Position numbers and translations under genes: made by a program
Assembly: GCA_963692915.1 (NCBI GenBank)
Contig: OY843584.1
Span: 1,216,001-1,280,000, forward strand
DNA: 64,000 nucleotides
Direction of reading: 5' to 3'
From: Cenarchaeum sp.
Lineage (GTDB): Archaea > Thermoproteota > Nitrososphaeria > Nitrososphaerales > Nitrosopumilaceae
Part shown: positions 16,962-27,624 of the stretch, in pieces
Numbering within the stretch: the stretch's first letter is position 1
How the letters are laid out: the number at the start of each line of letters is the position of its first letter
The notes under the pieces: generated by a model
Told to the model about the DNA's origin: nothing
The model's input: the letters and a program-made list of their open reading frames with translations, nothing else
The model's database searches: none

Positions 16962-19811
16962 CTAGTTGCCGACCTCGACTGTGATATAGTGGAGCTCGGT
17001 TATCCCGTCGCGCACCATGATCGTTCCATAGCTTATCGTCTCTGCCTCCTCGTCCTCCCATGAGACGATGCGGTCAGACGGGCCTATGAACGAGTCGATA
17101 AAGCCGAGTATCGTCGAGGCGGCCTCTCCCTCCTCGGCGGCCGTGTAAAAGTACGCACGGGCCTCCTCAAAGGAGAGTGACGCCTGGATCGAGGACGGGC
17201 GCACGATTCCGGCTCCCTGGCCCTCAAAGAGCGCCTCGATGGCTGTCATGCGCGCATCGCGCGAGAGGTCGCGTTCCTCTGCAGCAGCACCTGACGGCGA
17301 GACGCGCGCAAGCTTTGAGAGGTATGCCTCAAAGGCCTCCTCCTGCGTGTCGCCGAGACCGACATAGTACTCGCCGGTGAACTCGGCGCCGACTGCGGCG
17401 ATCGTGCCGAGCTGCGCGACGACGCCGCCGGCGCCGGCCGTGTAGACTGGAATAAAGTACGTGTCATGGTCGCCGACCCTGTAGAGTATGTTGTCGCCGA
17501 TTCGCGGGTTGCGCAGGAGCGTCTTTAGCTGCGCAAAGTCGGGATCGCGATCAAGGGCCTCGCGGACCGCCGTCGGGCCGATGAGCTTTGTGGTCGATTC
17601 AAGCGGAACCTCGTAGAACTGCATCTTGCCTAGGCGCGGCAGGTCGTTCTCGACGACCATGTATCCGGCGAGGTTGCGGCCCTGCGAACCGCGAAGCTCA
17701 AGGGAGAGGAGGCCCACGAACTCGGGCTTCTCAAAGCCCGGAGGCTTTGCCTGGATATAGTACGTGTCAAGTCCCGTGGGCACCTCGTAGAACTGGTTTG
17801 CCTGTATGAACGTCTCGACGTCAGTCACGTGGTACACGTTGTACATGTTTGTCTTCCAGTTAAAGAGCTCGACGGGATAGCGCGTCTGCTCGGTCAGCCA
17901 CTCGGGGATCGGCTCAAAGTCAGCCTCGTACTGGCTCACAAACATGTCGGTGAAAAAGTCATCACCCGTGCGCAGAAGCCTAATGTCGCCGTCGTACGTG
18001 TCGATGAGCGCATAGCCGACGAGACGGAGGTATGGGTTGCCCGCTGACCACGGCACGTCACGCGCGTCAAAGCCGACTATGAGCGGCATGAGCCAGTACG
18101 AGGAATCGCCGTCAGTCACGGGTATCGAGTCTATCTCCTTGCCAAAGAGCGAGTACAAAAAGTACGGATACAGCGTCTCCATGCGCTCGATGATGTCCTT
18201 GTAGCGCATGACATGGACGGACTCGGCCGGAAATGAGAGCAAAAAGTTGGGCTCAAATATCCAGCTCAGCGGCGGCGATACGCTCAGGCCTCCCTCGCCC
18301 GTATAGAACGTCCCGCCGAGCTCGGCGCTCGTGTCCCCGCGAGACACGGGATACGCCGACCACTGCTCCTCAAGGAGGCCACCCTCGCCATAGTATATGG
18401 CGCGCTGCGAGAATATGCTGCTGCTGTCCTCGATGTTGCCGTCCGTGGCGCCAAGCGTGAGGAAGCCGTTTGGCACGTGCGTGTAGACGAGGTGCTCGTT
18501 GTACCAGCGGTTCTCGAGCGTGACTGATGACGGGAGTATTGGCTTCATCGACGCGGTCCAGTAGAGCGTGTTGTTGAAGCGCAGGATATCGTTGTCCTCA
18601 AAGTCGACATATGGTATGAGGCCGATCTCGGGCTTTAGCTTGGCAAAGGCCGCCTCCCAGTCCCACACGCGGATGGCCCCGAGGACGTCCGAGTTGGACT
18701 CGACGTACGAGGCTATATTGTTGGGGGAGACGGCCTCGAGGTCGATGTTGTGCATGTTCTCAGACACGTCGTCGAGCTCGCCGAGGTGGCGGTTCACGCC
18801 GATCTCCTGCGCCGTGTACGGCCCGAGGTACTCGATCTTGCGCGCATCGGCAATGCTGTTGTTGACTGACATTATCGACGCGGCGATGATGACTATGGCG
18901 ACTATGGTCAAAAAGCGCACGTACACGTCACGCTTGAGTATATGCGTCAGGACACGCGCGCGTATGCGGTCGATGGCCGAGAATGCCGCAAAGGATATGC
19001 CGACGGCGAGGATCGCGGCGATCGCATAGCGCGTGTTATAGTCGAGCTCGCTCGTAAAGAACATGTTGAGGCCAGTCCAGAGAATGCCGACGGCGAGGAT
19101 GGCCTCAAAGCTTGAGACATAGCTCAGGTATCGCGGCTTGCCCTCGGCCATGTCGCGCACGTATGACGTCACGACGCGCACGACCGTGTGCAGTCCGACA
19201 TAGAGCGCCAGGCGCAGGCCGACTGCGCCAAGGAGAGCCGGCAGGAGTAGAACGAGTGCGGGTATCATCGGTATGACACGCTCGTTGGCGTACATGCTGT
19301 CAGTTGGCGGCGTGACAAAGGGGAGTGAAAATAGCGCAGGCACACTCTCTATGCCGAGCGTGTTGCCCTCGAGGAACTCGGTGGCCGCAAAGCCAAACAT
19401 GATGTTGACAAAGAACGACCCCAGGATGAGAACCTTGGTGAGCTGCCACATGGCAAACTGGACGCCGCCGAGGCGATAGTCGGCAAAGCTCTCAACGCTC
19501 TGCGTTATCTGCTCGCGCGACCCGCGCGAGGCCATCGAGACTGCCGAGGCGATGATGTACCAGAATATCGACTTGCGCGAGGCGCCGTTCACGCGAACCA
19601 GCGCGATGGCAGCGAGTATGAGGCCAGAGGTGATCGAGTATATGAGCGGCTTTGTGAACTTGTCGCCAAACTCTGTCACGTTCATCGAGAGGTTTACGCC
19701 CTGGTTGCCGATTATGAGAAACCCCGCCACGGCTAGGGCCGCCACGACGATCAGGCGGACATACTTGCCCGCGTTGGGAGGGGGCGCGCTCTGGGCCGAC
19801 TCGCTATACAA
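16962..19811 (-). CDS. UPF0182 family membrane protein
   Basis: Multi-TM N-terminal half; IRVWD, NEHLVYTH, IYYGEG, IDTYDGDI, YHVTD..F, RNLAGYM. Confidence 0.9.
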   Translation of the reverse strand: MYSESAQSAPPPNAGKYVRLIVVAALAVAGFLIIGNQGVNLSMNVTEFGDKFTKPLIYSITSGLILAAIALVRVNGASRKSIFWYIIASAVSMASRGSREQITQSVESFADYRLGGVQFAMWQLTKVLILGSFFVNIMFGFAATEFLEGNTLGIESVPALFSLPFVTPPTDSMYANERVIPMIPALVLLLPALLGAVGLRLALYVGLHTVVRVVTSYVRDMAEGKPRYLSYVSSFEAILAVGILWTGLNMFFTSELDYNTRYAIAAILAVGISFAAFSAIDRIRARVLTHILKRDVYVRFLTIVAIVIIAASIMSVNNSIADARKIEYLGPYTAQEIGVNRHLGELDDVSENMHNIDLEAVSPNNIASYVESNSDVLGAIRVWDWEAAFAKLKPEIGLIPYVDFEDNDILRFNNTLYWTASMKPILPSSVTLENRWYNEHLVYTHVPNGFLTLGATDGNIEDSSSIFSQRAIYYGEGGLLEEQWSAYPVSRGDTSAELGGTFYTGEGGLSVSPPLSWIFEPNFLLSFPAESVHVMRYKDIIERMETLYPYFLYSLFGKEIDSIPVTDGDSSYWLMPLIVGFDARDVPWSAGNPYLRLVGYALIDTYDGDIRLLRTGDDFFTDMFVSQYEADFEPIPEWLTEQTRYPVELFNWKTNMYNVYHVTDVETFIQANQFYEVPTGLDTYYIQAKPPGFEKPEFVGLLSLELRGSQGRNLAGYMVVENDLPRLGKMQFYEVPLESTTKLIGPTAVREALDRDPDFAQLKTLLRNPRIGDNILYRVGDHDTYFIPVYTAGAGGVVAQLGTIAAVGAEFTGEYYVGLGDTQEEAFEAYLSKLARVSPSGAAAEERDLSRDARMTAIEALFEGQGAGIVRPSSIQASLSFEEARAYFYTAAEEGEAASTILGFIDSFIGPSDRIVSWEDEEAETISYGTIMVRDGITELHYITVEVGN

Positions 19812-19925
19812 ACTGGCGTCATGCGCACACGGTGCTTAATTAATGCCGTGGCTCGGCACGCCCACACGGGCGTGGAATGGCCGGTGCGCTAGGCTCCCCC
19901 CTGCGGCAGGGGCAGGAGTGGTGCC

Positions 19926-21041
19926 CTATGGTGCCTCAGGCACACTTGCGATGCCCTTGCAGACCATATAGACGGCCGCATAGAGGGGAACCGTGACGCG
20001 CTCGCGCGAGTATGGCCCGAGGCTCCGCTTTTTGCCCAGCGAGAACCTGTGGGGGCACTCGGCGATGACCTCAACAGGCCGGTCGCCAAGAAGGCACGAC
20101 TCGGTGTACGCGCCGGCCGAGGACTCGCCGGCCGGAACCTTTGAGAGGCCGCTCTTGCCGTTAATCGAGCCGGGCAGCCTGAATATGCGGTGAATGTCTC
20201 CGGTCACCTGCGGGTCTATGCGCACGCCAATGCCGCGAGCCACCGAGTCGATGGCACTCTGAAACGCCGAGTGATTAGAGGAGGCCTTTTTCATCTTTTC
20301 GGCTCCGAGGCTCGAGGCGAGGCGTCCGTGCCAGCCGGGATCGTTCCGTGAGGGAAGGTCGGGCACCTTGCCCGCGCGCCGCTGCACGCCATAGGCCTCC
20401 GGTATCGCCCCGCGAAACATGACATAGTCTGCAAGCTCTCGCCGTTCGCGAGAGCCGAGTGGCGCGTATGCGTCATCACGCACATGTATGTGGTATCCCT
20501 CGTTGCCAGAAAAGTACACGCTCACCGAGTCCGCATCCACTCCAAGGTCGTCTGAGAGCACGACGAGCAGCCTGCCGACCTCGACGTGCGCGGCCTTTAT
20601 GCACTTTGGACACGGTAGCGATCGGACCGACACCTTTTGGGAGCTGCATGCGGCGCACTTTTTTTGTTCGGCTGTCGAGACGCGACTGCACTCCGAGCAC
20701 ACTGCAACGCTGTGGCCATCACGGCACGGGAGTGCGAGGTCCTTTGCGTCAATGTCAAAGATGAGATCCGCCTCGCGCCACTCTTTCTCCTTCATTGGCA
20801 TGGACGGAAAGAGATATCGCGCGTTGGAACAATATACATCAGAGGGCGCCTCACTCACAAGGAGCACACGCAGTGCGCGTTCATCCTCGTACGACTGGTG
20901 GCGAACCATCCCGTCATGAGCGACGCGCTGGAAGCCAAACTCGCGCTCGACCATGTGCTCAGGGTTGATCACGCGGTCATGACGCTCAAGATAGTACTCC
21001 TTTATCGCCGCGCGCACGAGGTTGGCATCGGCGTCGTTCAC
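19926..21041 (-). CDS. priS: DNA primase small subunit
   Basis: REFGF, DLIFDIDAKDL, YFSGNEGYHIHV, IDPQVTGDIHRIFRLPGSINGKSG. Confidence 0.95.
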   Translation of the reverse strand: MNDADANLVRAAIKEYYLERHDRVINPEHMVEREFGFQRVAHDGMVRHQSYEDERALRVLLVSEAPSDVYCSNARYLFPSMPMKEKEWREADLIFDIDAKDLALPCRDGHSVAVCSECSRVSTAEQKKCAACSSQKVSVRSLPCPKCIKAAHVEVGRLLVVLSDDLGVDADSVSVYFSGNEGYHIHVRDDAYAPLGSRERRELADYVMFRGAIPEAYGVQRRAGKVPDLPSRNDPGWHGRLASSLGAEKMKKASSNHSAFQSAIDSVARGIGVRIDPQVTGDIHRIFRLPGSINGKSGLSKVPAGESSAGAYTESCLLGDRPVEVIAECPHRFSLGKKRSLGPYSRERVTVPLYAAVYMVCKGIASVPEAP

Positions 21042-22057
21042 TGCTCGCGCCTCCGGCCAAACTGCATCGGGCTTATTATCCCGTCACACTCGCTAGTCGC
21101 AAAGCAGAGGTTCTGCGTGCGCAGCTTGTCACATAGGGGGCACGAGTATTTTGTGCCGCCGTCAGCGCCCGATATGTTGTTGAGCTGGTATAGCGTAGTA
21201 CGCTCGTTATAGTCAGGTGCGCCCTTGAAGAGCGGCGCAATCTTTTCGACGTCCCATCCTCGCCCGAGGAGGAACGTAGCGAGCATAAAACGGCCAGAGT
21301 GTGGCAGGTTCTCGCCGCGCTCGAGAACCTCGAGCGCGTGCTTTATGCAGGGCGGATGCTCGCCTGTGACTTTGACGTACTTTGGCTCAAGCGCCACTGT
21401 GAGCTCCTTTATGCGCGCAACCGGGGCCTCAAAGTTTGGAAGCATCGGCGCTGTCGGACCCTGGCGTATGCGCTCAACTATATGGTCTGCGAGCTCTTGG
21501 CGGACGAGGCGGACCACCTGGTGTGCCGTAAGTCGAACCATTCCGCCGTCGATCTTGCGGTTGACGAGCTTCCACTCGCGCTCGTTAAAGTTCACCGAAC
21601 GTGTGACATAGCTCGGGACAGGAATCGTGTATCCGAACTCATCACGCCTCACCTCGACTGAAAAGAGCTCGGCGAGCATTCTTGCCGGCATGTCCCTGCT
21701 GCGCGACTCGCGCCCGAGACTTCCCTCTAGGAACTTTTCGGCACGGCGCGATTCGGAGAGCGCAAACCTCCGAACAAGCGATCTCGCACCAGAGATCTTT
21801 AGAATTACCACTGCAAGGAGAAAGGAAAAGACCTCCCTGTCTAGAATGCGCGGATCCGTCGTCGTCGAGTCGAGCTCTGAAGAGTAGACGAGGCCATCGG
21901 CAGCAGCCTCTATTCGGCGCATTGCGCGCTCGACATATGGCATATAGTCAGAATCTCTCCCGAGATCGTCTATCGTAAAGCCCTTTGATGCCATGTACTT
22001 GCCAGCATCCTCTAGGAACGGATACATCGCATACTCTTGCGTGCCAATTCCCTCCAT
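21038..22057 (-). CDS. priL: DNA primase large subunit
   Basis: YPFL, WKLVNR, PPCIKH, NLPHSGRFMLATFL, APDYNE..TLYQ, YSCPLC. Confidence 0.95.
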   Translation of the reverse strand: MEGIGTQEYAMYPFLEDAGKYMASKGFTIDDLGRDSDYMPYVERAMRRIEAAADGLVYSSELDSTTTDPRILDREVFSFLLAVVILKISGARSLVRRFALSESRRAEKFLEGSLGRESRSRDMPARMLAELFSVEVRRDEFGYTIPVPSYVTRSVNFNEREWKLVNRKIDGGMVRLTAHQVVRLVRQELADHIVERIRQGPTAPMLPNFEAPVARIKELTVALEPKYVKVTGEHPPCIKHALEVLERGENLPHSGRFMLATFLLGRGWDVEKIAPLFKGAPDYNERTTLYQLNNISGADGGTKYSCPLCDKLRTQNLCFATSECDGIISPMQFGRRREQ

Positions 22058-22151
22058 GGCATCGCGGCGAGGCGCGGTTTTACTTAAAGGTCTAGCGCGA
22101 AAATCCTCTTGAACAGTGTCAACAGGCAAGGGTAGCAGGACAAGGATTGTC

Positions 22152-22433
22152 CTATGCGTGAATCTCCAGCTGTGTCATGTCGAATCCCCTGACGAGGCGC
22201 CATTCCATTCCCTCGTGGATAGTAGGCTCGACGGGCACCTCAACTGGCTCTATCATGCCAATCCTCTTGGCCTCGGCAATCACGTCCCACGCCTCTTTCT
22301 CGGAGAGCGAACCCACAATCCGCGTTATGATCTCTGCCGACGGTGCAGAGCCGCAGTATTGGAGAATATTGGCAATGAGCCTCAGATCATCACGCCATGC
22401 CGGATTCATTGGAAACCCGTACAATAATGACAT
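22152..22433 (-). CDS. Hypothetical protein, possibly wHTH-like
   Basis: Short ORF in a lower-GC patch between priL and nfo; no recognised motif. Confidence 0.35.
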   Translation of the reverse strand: MSLLYGFPMNPAWRDDLRLIANILQYCGSAPSAEIITRIVGSLSEKEAWDVIAEAKRIGMIEPVEVPVEPTIHEGMEWRLVRGFDMTQLEIHA

Positions 22434-22767
22434 TATTAAGCGTGTGCGACATGGATAAAAACAGGCACATGAACTAGCACTCCACGACGTTGCTTGAAAA
22501 AATGGATCACAGAATACGCCAGAGCCTATGGGCACTGCTTGTTGGACTCTTGTCCGTCGTGTCGGTTCCCATAATCATTGTTGCAGGACACATTAGCTCA
22601 ATTCTCGCCTAGAGAGACAACTCGCGCACGTGCAGAAACATGCCATGCCGATTACGTCTGCGCAGCATGGCGCACACGCGAGCAGGAGTGCCCATTCTGC
22701 GGCACCCGCAGGCGCGCGCCGTGGTGAGCGCACCTTTAAGTGGGCTCCCCTGTGGGGTGCGCGCACA

Positions 22768-23610
22768 ATGGCTCAGATAGGCTGCCATGTCTCGATAGCC
22801 GGAGGAATCGGCAACGCGCCCGGCTATGCGGCCGAGCGCGCGTGTGCGGCGTTCCAGGTGTTTACGCGCAACCCGCGCGGATGGGCCGCAAAGGACCTCG
22901 ACGCCGAGGCGATAGGCTTGTACAAGGCCAACTTAGAGTCATCTGGTATCGTCGCCGAGGACACGTGCGCGCACATGCCATACCTGCCAAACCTCGCCTC
23001 GACAAAGCCTGACGGGCACGCAAAGTCAGTCGCCGCGCTAGTCGAGGAGGTAAAGCGCTGCGGCAAGCTCGGCATACCATACCTCGTCACGCACCTAGGC
23101 AGCCACCTCGGAGCCGGCGAGGAGGCCGGAATAAAGCAGCTCGTCATCGCGTACAAAAAGGCCGCGACCGTAAAGAACGGCGTGACGATACTCCTCGAGA
23201 ACACGGCAGGCCAAAAGAACTCGGTCGGCTCGGACTTTGCGCAGCTCGGCGACATCCTGGGCCAGCTAACCCCGTCTGACAGGTTTGGTGTCTGCATCGA
23301 CACGTGCCACGCGTTTGCGTACGGATATGACCTACGCACAGAAAAGGGCGTGCGCGACACGTTTGCGCTGCTCGATGAGAGCGTCGGGAAGGGCAGCCTA
23401 AAGATACTCCACCTCAATGACGCAAAGGCGGGCCTGGGCTCAAACCTCGACAGGCACCACCACATCGGCCTCGGCGAGATAGGCAAGGCCGGCATGCGGG
23501 CCACGGTCAGGATCGCCGCAAGGCGCCACGTGCCCATAATACTCGAAACGCCAATAGACTCGGTTCGCGATGACTATGAGAACGTCAGGGTGGCCAAGTC
23601 CCTTGTATAG
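22768..23610 (+). CDS. nfo: Endonuclease IV
   Basis: IGCHVSIAGG, HMPYLPNL, LLENTAG, CIDTCHAF, HLNDAK, DRHHHIG, ILETP. Confidence 0.96.
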   Translation: MAQIGCHVSIAGGIGNAPGYAAERACAAFQVFTRNPRGWAAKDLDAEAIGLYKANLESSGIVAEDTCAHMPYLPNLASTKPDGHAKSVAALVEEVKRCGKLGIPYLVTHLGSHLGAGEEAGIKQLVIAYKKAATVKNGVTILLENTAGQKNSVGSDFAQLGDILGQLTPSDRFGVCIDTCHAFAYGYDLRTEKGVRDTFALLDESVGKGSLKILHLNDAKAGLGSNLDRHHHIGLGEIGKAGMRATVRIAARRHVPIILETPIDSVRDDYENVRVAKSLV

Positions 23611-23642
23611 GAATTTAGCACAGTGTGTCTGGAGCGCGCGCA

Positions 23643-25124
23643 ATGGACTATGACAGCGTGATGAACCTGGCCCTCGAGCGCGGGTTTTACTTTCCCAGCG
23701 GGGGCGCGTATGCCGATGCGCAGGCCGGCTTTTGGGAGTATGGGCCCAACGGCGTGGGCCTAAAGTCCAGGTTTATCGAGCTCTGGCGGCGCTCGCTTGT
23801 GAGGCGCGCGCAGATGATCGAGATAGACGGCTCGCAGATCATGCCGCCCTCTGTGTTCGAGTCCTCCGGCCACCTTGCGAGCTTTTCAGACCCTGTCATA
23901 CAGTGCACTGCGTGCTCGGCGACGTACCGCGCCGACAAGCTCCTCGAAGGCGATGACGCGCTGCACGAGGGCTCTGAGCCCTCTGAGATCGACGCCGCGG
24001 TGGCCAGTAGAGGAGTGGCATGTCCAGGATGCGGCGGTGCGCTCGGCCCGTCGCGCAGGTTTAACATGATGTTTGGCCTCGGCATAGGCCCCGGTGCCGA
24101 GCCGGCGTACCTGCGGCCCGAGACGTGCCAGTCGATATTTGTCGACTTTCCGCGCATATACAAGACGATGAGGGGTCGCCTCCCGCTCGGCATCGCGCAG
24201 ATAGGCAAGAGCTTTCGAAACGAGATAGCGCCGCGCCAGAGCCTCCTACGACTGCGCGAGTTCTACCAGGCCGAGATCGAGGTGTTCTGCAACCCAAACA
24301 GGCTAGATGACGTTGCAGCCTTTGACGAGGTAGCCGACACGACCATACGCATACATGACGGCGAGGTGACCGAAAAGATGACGTGCGCACAGGCCGTCGA
24401 GTCTGGCGTGATCGCAAACCGCACGATCGCATACTATGTCGGCCTTCTCTCCGAGTTTTACGCAAGGACGGGAATTGACATGGAGCGCACGCGCTTTCGC
24501 CGGCTCTCCGGCACCGAAAAGGCGTTCTATGCGACTACGGCCCTTGACTTTGAGGCCGAGGTCTCAACGGGATGGCTCGAGCTAGTCGCGTGCAACTATC
24601 GGGCCGACTATGACCTAAAGGGCCACGCAAAGGGATCGGGTGAAAAGTTTGAGGTCATGGACGGCGAGGAGAAGGTTCTCCCGCACGTCTTTGAGATATC
24701 GATGGGAATAGACCGTAGCCTCTACACGATACTCGAGCACTCGTTGCGCAAGGACACCGAGAACGACCGGACAGTCCTCTCGCTGAGGCCGCACATGGCG
24801 CCGATCCAGGTCGGCGTACTCTCGCTCGTGAAAAAGGACGGCCTCGCCGAGAGAACCAACGAGGTGTACAGGTCTATTCGTGAGGACTATGCGGCATTCC
24901 TTGACCACTCTGGCGCCATCGGCCGGCGCTACCGCAGGCTTGATGAGGCCGGTGCGCCGCTAGCCGTCACCGTAGACCACCAGACCCTAGAGGACGGGAC
25001 CGTGACGCTACGAAGGCGCGACTCGATGGCCCAGGAGCGCATCACCGTCGCGGAGCTCGGAGCCGTAATCGGCGCCGAGGTCGCGTTTCCGGCCTCGCGC
25101 GGGGCTCCACGCGTAGAAAACTAA
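23643..25124 (+). CDS. glyS: Glycyl-tRNA synthetase (alpha2 type)
   Basis: YLRPETCQSIF, QIGKSFRNEIAPRQSLLRLREF, IGRRYRRLDEAG. Confidence 0.97.
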   Translation: MDYDSVMNLALERGFYFPSGGAYADAQAGFWEYGPNGVGLKSRFIELWRRSLVRRAQMIEIDGSQIMPPSVFESSGHLASFSDPVIQCTACSATYRADKLLEGDDALHEGSEPSEIDAAVASRGVACPGCGGALGPSRRFNMMFGLGIGPGAEPAYLRPETCQSIFVDFPRIYKTMRGRLPLGIAQIGKSFRNEIAPRQSLLRLREFYQAEIEVFCNPNRLDDVAAFDEVADTTIRIHDGEVTEKMTCAQAVESGVIANRTIAYYVGLLSEFYARTGIDMERTRFRRLSGTEKAFYATTALDFEAEVSTGWLELVACNYRADYDLKGHAKGSGEKFEVMDGEEKVLPHVFEISMGIDRSLYTILEHSLRKDTENDRTVLSLRPHMAPIQVGVLSLVKKDGLAERTNEVYRSIREDYAAFLDHSGAIGRRYRRLDEAGAPLAVTVDHQTLEDGTVTLRRRDSMAQERITVAELGAVIGAEVAFPASRGAPRVEN

Positions 25125-25151
25125 TAAGCAAACGCCTGTGAGGCGCCGCCC

Positions 25152-26306
25152 ATGGGAAGCGCGGGGGCGCCGCAGGGCACGCAGGTCTCGATAATCATAC
25201 CCACATACAACGAGGCCCCAAACATCGTGGGCATGCTGCGCTCGATACGCGAGCACGTCTCGAGGGTCGCGCGCGTCGAGGCCATAGTGGTAGATGACGG
25301 CTCGCCAGACGGCACGGCCGGCATAGTCAGGGACTATATCCGCGGCGAGGCAAAGGCCGAGGGGTATAGCGTCGACATTGTGCAGAGGCAGCAGAAAAAG
25401 GCAGGCCTGAGCTCGGCCATACTCCACGGCGTGAGGCGCGCGGCCGGAAGCGTCATCGTCGTAATGGACAGCGACTTTTCGCACCCCCCGCACGTCATAC
25501 CGAGGATGCTAGAGGCGCTGCGCCAGCAATGCGACATTGTTGTGGCCTCGAGGTACATGGGTGATGGCGGCGTCGTGGGCTGGCCGCTGCGCCGGCGCAT
25601 CGTAAGCAGGATCGCCACGATGATTGCCAGAGTCGGCCTCGGCGTCGAGCAGTCAGACCCAATGTCCGGATTCTTTGCGTTTCGGAGCAGCGTAATGCGT
25701 GGCCTTGACCTAGATGCGATCGGCTACAAGCTTCTCCTCGAGGTTCTCGTAAAGGCCAGGGGAGCTCGCATAAAGGAGATACCATACACGTTCACCGACA
25801 GGGCCGCAGGCTCGAGCAAGCTTGGGGCGCGCACAGTCATTGACTATATGCGATCCGTGTGGAGACTCTATCGCGGCGGCGCGAGGCGCGAGAGGCGCGC
25901 GTCAGTCAGGTTTGCCTCAAAGGCCGCACGCTTTTACACCGTCGGCGCACTGGGTCTTGGCATCAACTGGCTAGTCTCGATGCTCTTTGCCGGCGGCGGC
26001 GGGCTCTGGTACATACACGCCAACATTGCCGGAATTGCCGCATCGGTAATGACAAACTTTGTCCTGAACAAGAGGTGGACGTTTGAGGATGACGACTTTG
26101 GCGTGCGCAGGACGCTCTCGCAGGGGGCTCGCTTTGCGGCAATAAGCTCGCTTGGCGCAGCCGTCCAGCTCGGAGCCGTCTATATGCTAGTCGAGCAGTA
26201 CGGCATGCCCCACGGAGGAGCACTCGTCATCGCCGTCGCGGCAGCCTCGCTTGGCAACTTTGTCCTAAACAAGACGCTCACCTTTAGGGAGCGCCTGTGG
26301 TCCTAG
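25152..26306 (+). CDS. Polyprenol-phosphate mannosyltransferase (GT2, DPM1-like) with GtrA domain
   Basis: IIPTYNE, VDDGSPDGT, MDSDFSHPP, DPMSGFF; C-terminal NFVLNKRWTF. Confidence 0.92.
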   Translation: MGSAGAPQGTQVSIIIPTYNEAPNIVGMLRSIREHVSRVARVEAIVVDDGSPDGTAGIVRDYIRGEAKAEGYSVDIVQRQQKKAGLSSAILHGVRRAAGSVIVVMDSDFSHPPHVIPRMLEALRQQCDIVVASRYMGDGGVVGWPLRRRIVSRIATMIARVGLGVEQSDPMSGFFAFRSSVMRGLDLDAIGYKLLLEVLVKARGARIKEIPYTFTDRAAGSSKLGARTVIDYMRSVWRLYRGGARRERRASVRFASKAARFYTVGALGLGINWLVSMLFAGGGGLWYIHANIAGIAASVMTNFVLNKRWTFEDDDFGVRRTLSQGARFAAISSLGAAVQLGAVYMLVEQYGMPHGGALVIAVAAASLGNFVLNKTLTFRERLWS

Positions 26307-26620
26307 CGCCGGCGAATGCGACGGTACACGCGAATGGCCAGACGAGCGATGTTGTCGTCATAGCCGAGCCTGTCAAACACGCGGCGCAGCACATAGAGGC
26401 GCACAAATGACGCGGCCGTAAAGACGGCCGTGATCGCCGCGTTGGCCACTAGTGGATCCTCCTGCATCCAGCCCGTCGTGGCCGGCAGAACCGCGATGCC
26501 CACGGCATAGCCGACAGGGTATCCCCCAAACGTGTTGACGAGCGCCTCAGAAAGGCTCTTTGAGCGCGTGTCATGCTTTGTGGCGTCTGGCCCCATGTGC
26601 GCATCGGCGCCGGTGCCCAC
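26303..26620 (-). CDS. Small membrane hypothetical protein
   Basis: SKSLSEALVNTFGGY...SFVRLYVLRRVF, two hydrophobic helices. Confidence 0.65.
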   Translation of the reverse strand: MGTGADAHMGPDATKHDTRSKSLSEALVNTFGGYPVGYAVGIAVLPATTGWMQEDPLVANAAITAVFTAASFVRLYVLRRVFDRLGYDDNIARLAIRVYRRIRRR

Positions 26621-26806
26621 GCTATAAGCCTGCGCACGGCAGGGTCGCGCCTCCCGCTAGCCGGCGGCGCTTGCTGGTCAGGCGATACGTCCAGTCCGGC
26701 CCGTGGTCGACACGACCCGAGTCCGCGTCCAAAAATACGCCGACTCTGCCGTGCTTGACATGTATTCCAAACCAGACTTATATTAGATTACCCATCCGTC
26801 TGCGGC

Positions 26807-27622
26807 ATGGCTCAGACCGCCATGCACGGCAACCTGCTCTCGTACAAGCTATACACGAGGCCAAAGGCGCAGGCTGCCTATGGGCATGGCCACACAAAAA
26901 CCGCGCGGCAGCGCAACGCGCAGCACATACTCGGCGTTTTAGCCGAGAACGGCATGTGCTCGACGTGGGAGATGGCCAAGGTGAGGATGTTAAACGACCT
27001 CGAGGGCACCAGAGAGAAGGAGAAGGACTTTCGGCGCATCATCAGCGGAAGGCGCGATCGCGGGAGACACTCACCTGGCATGTCCGAGTCAGGCCTCATC
27101 ACATCCGAGCTCGTCGGCAACTCGCGAAAGTACCGCCTCACGCCCCACGGCATTCTCTACTGCATCGACTCGCTGCGCATGAGCGACGCGCAGATCGACA
27201 TGATGGCCGCTGCGTACGTCGATGTGCTTCCCAGGGTCTTTGGACGGTGGGAACACCTCAAGGAGACGCTCGGCGATGGCGCGTATAGGATACGCACCCT
27301 TGCGTGTGGCCTCCTTTTGGACAATCCGGCGATTCGGCGCGATGCGACTAGCCCGATATACGAGCTAATGTCATACATACAGCTAAAGTACCACCGGAGC
27401 TTTGAGGTGATGCGCGAGGAGAGTCTCGCCGAACAGGTGGCGTACTGGTACTATACGTGCATCCTGTACGACTCGGCACCGAGCGCAAAACGCGCAAGTA
27501 GGCGCCTGCGCATGCTGCGAGAGGCACTCGGTGACATGCATGCGTGGTACTCGGAGTTTGTAAAAGAGGCCGACGCGCACTATCGCCAGAGGGCACACGC
27601 GATAGGCGCTGCCGGAATATAG
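26807..27622 (+). CDS. Hypothetical protein with probable N-terminal wHTH
   Basis: CSTWEMAK...YRLTPHGILY; TTATATT about 30 nt upstream. Confidence 0.7.
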   Translation: MAQTAMHGNLLSYKLYTRPKAQAAYGHGHTKTARQRNAQHILGVLAENGMCSTWEMAKVRMLNDLEGTREKEKDFRRIISGRRDRGRHSPGMSESGLITSELVGNSRKYRLTPHGILYCIDSLRMSDAQIDMMAAAYVDVLPRVFGRWEHLKETLGDGAYRIRTLACGLLLDNPAIRRDATSPIYELMSYIQLKYHRSFEVMREESLAEQVAYWYYTCILYDSAPSAKRASRRLRMLREALGDMHAWYSEFVKEADAHYRQRAHAIGAAGI

Positions 27623-27624
27623 CA

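Noticed and set aside
19926-21041. Cys-rich insert in PriS as a possible intein or novel domain
   Set aside because: No intein splice motifs; consistent with an expanded primase Zn-binding region
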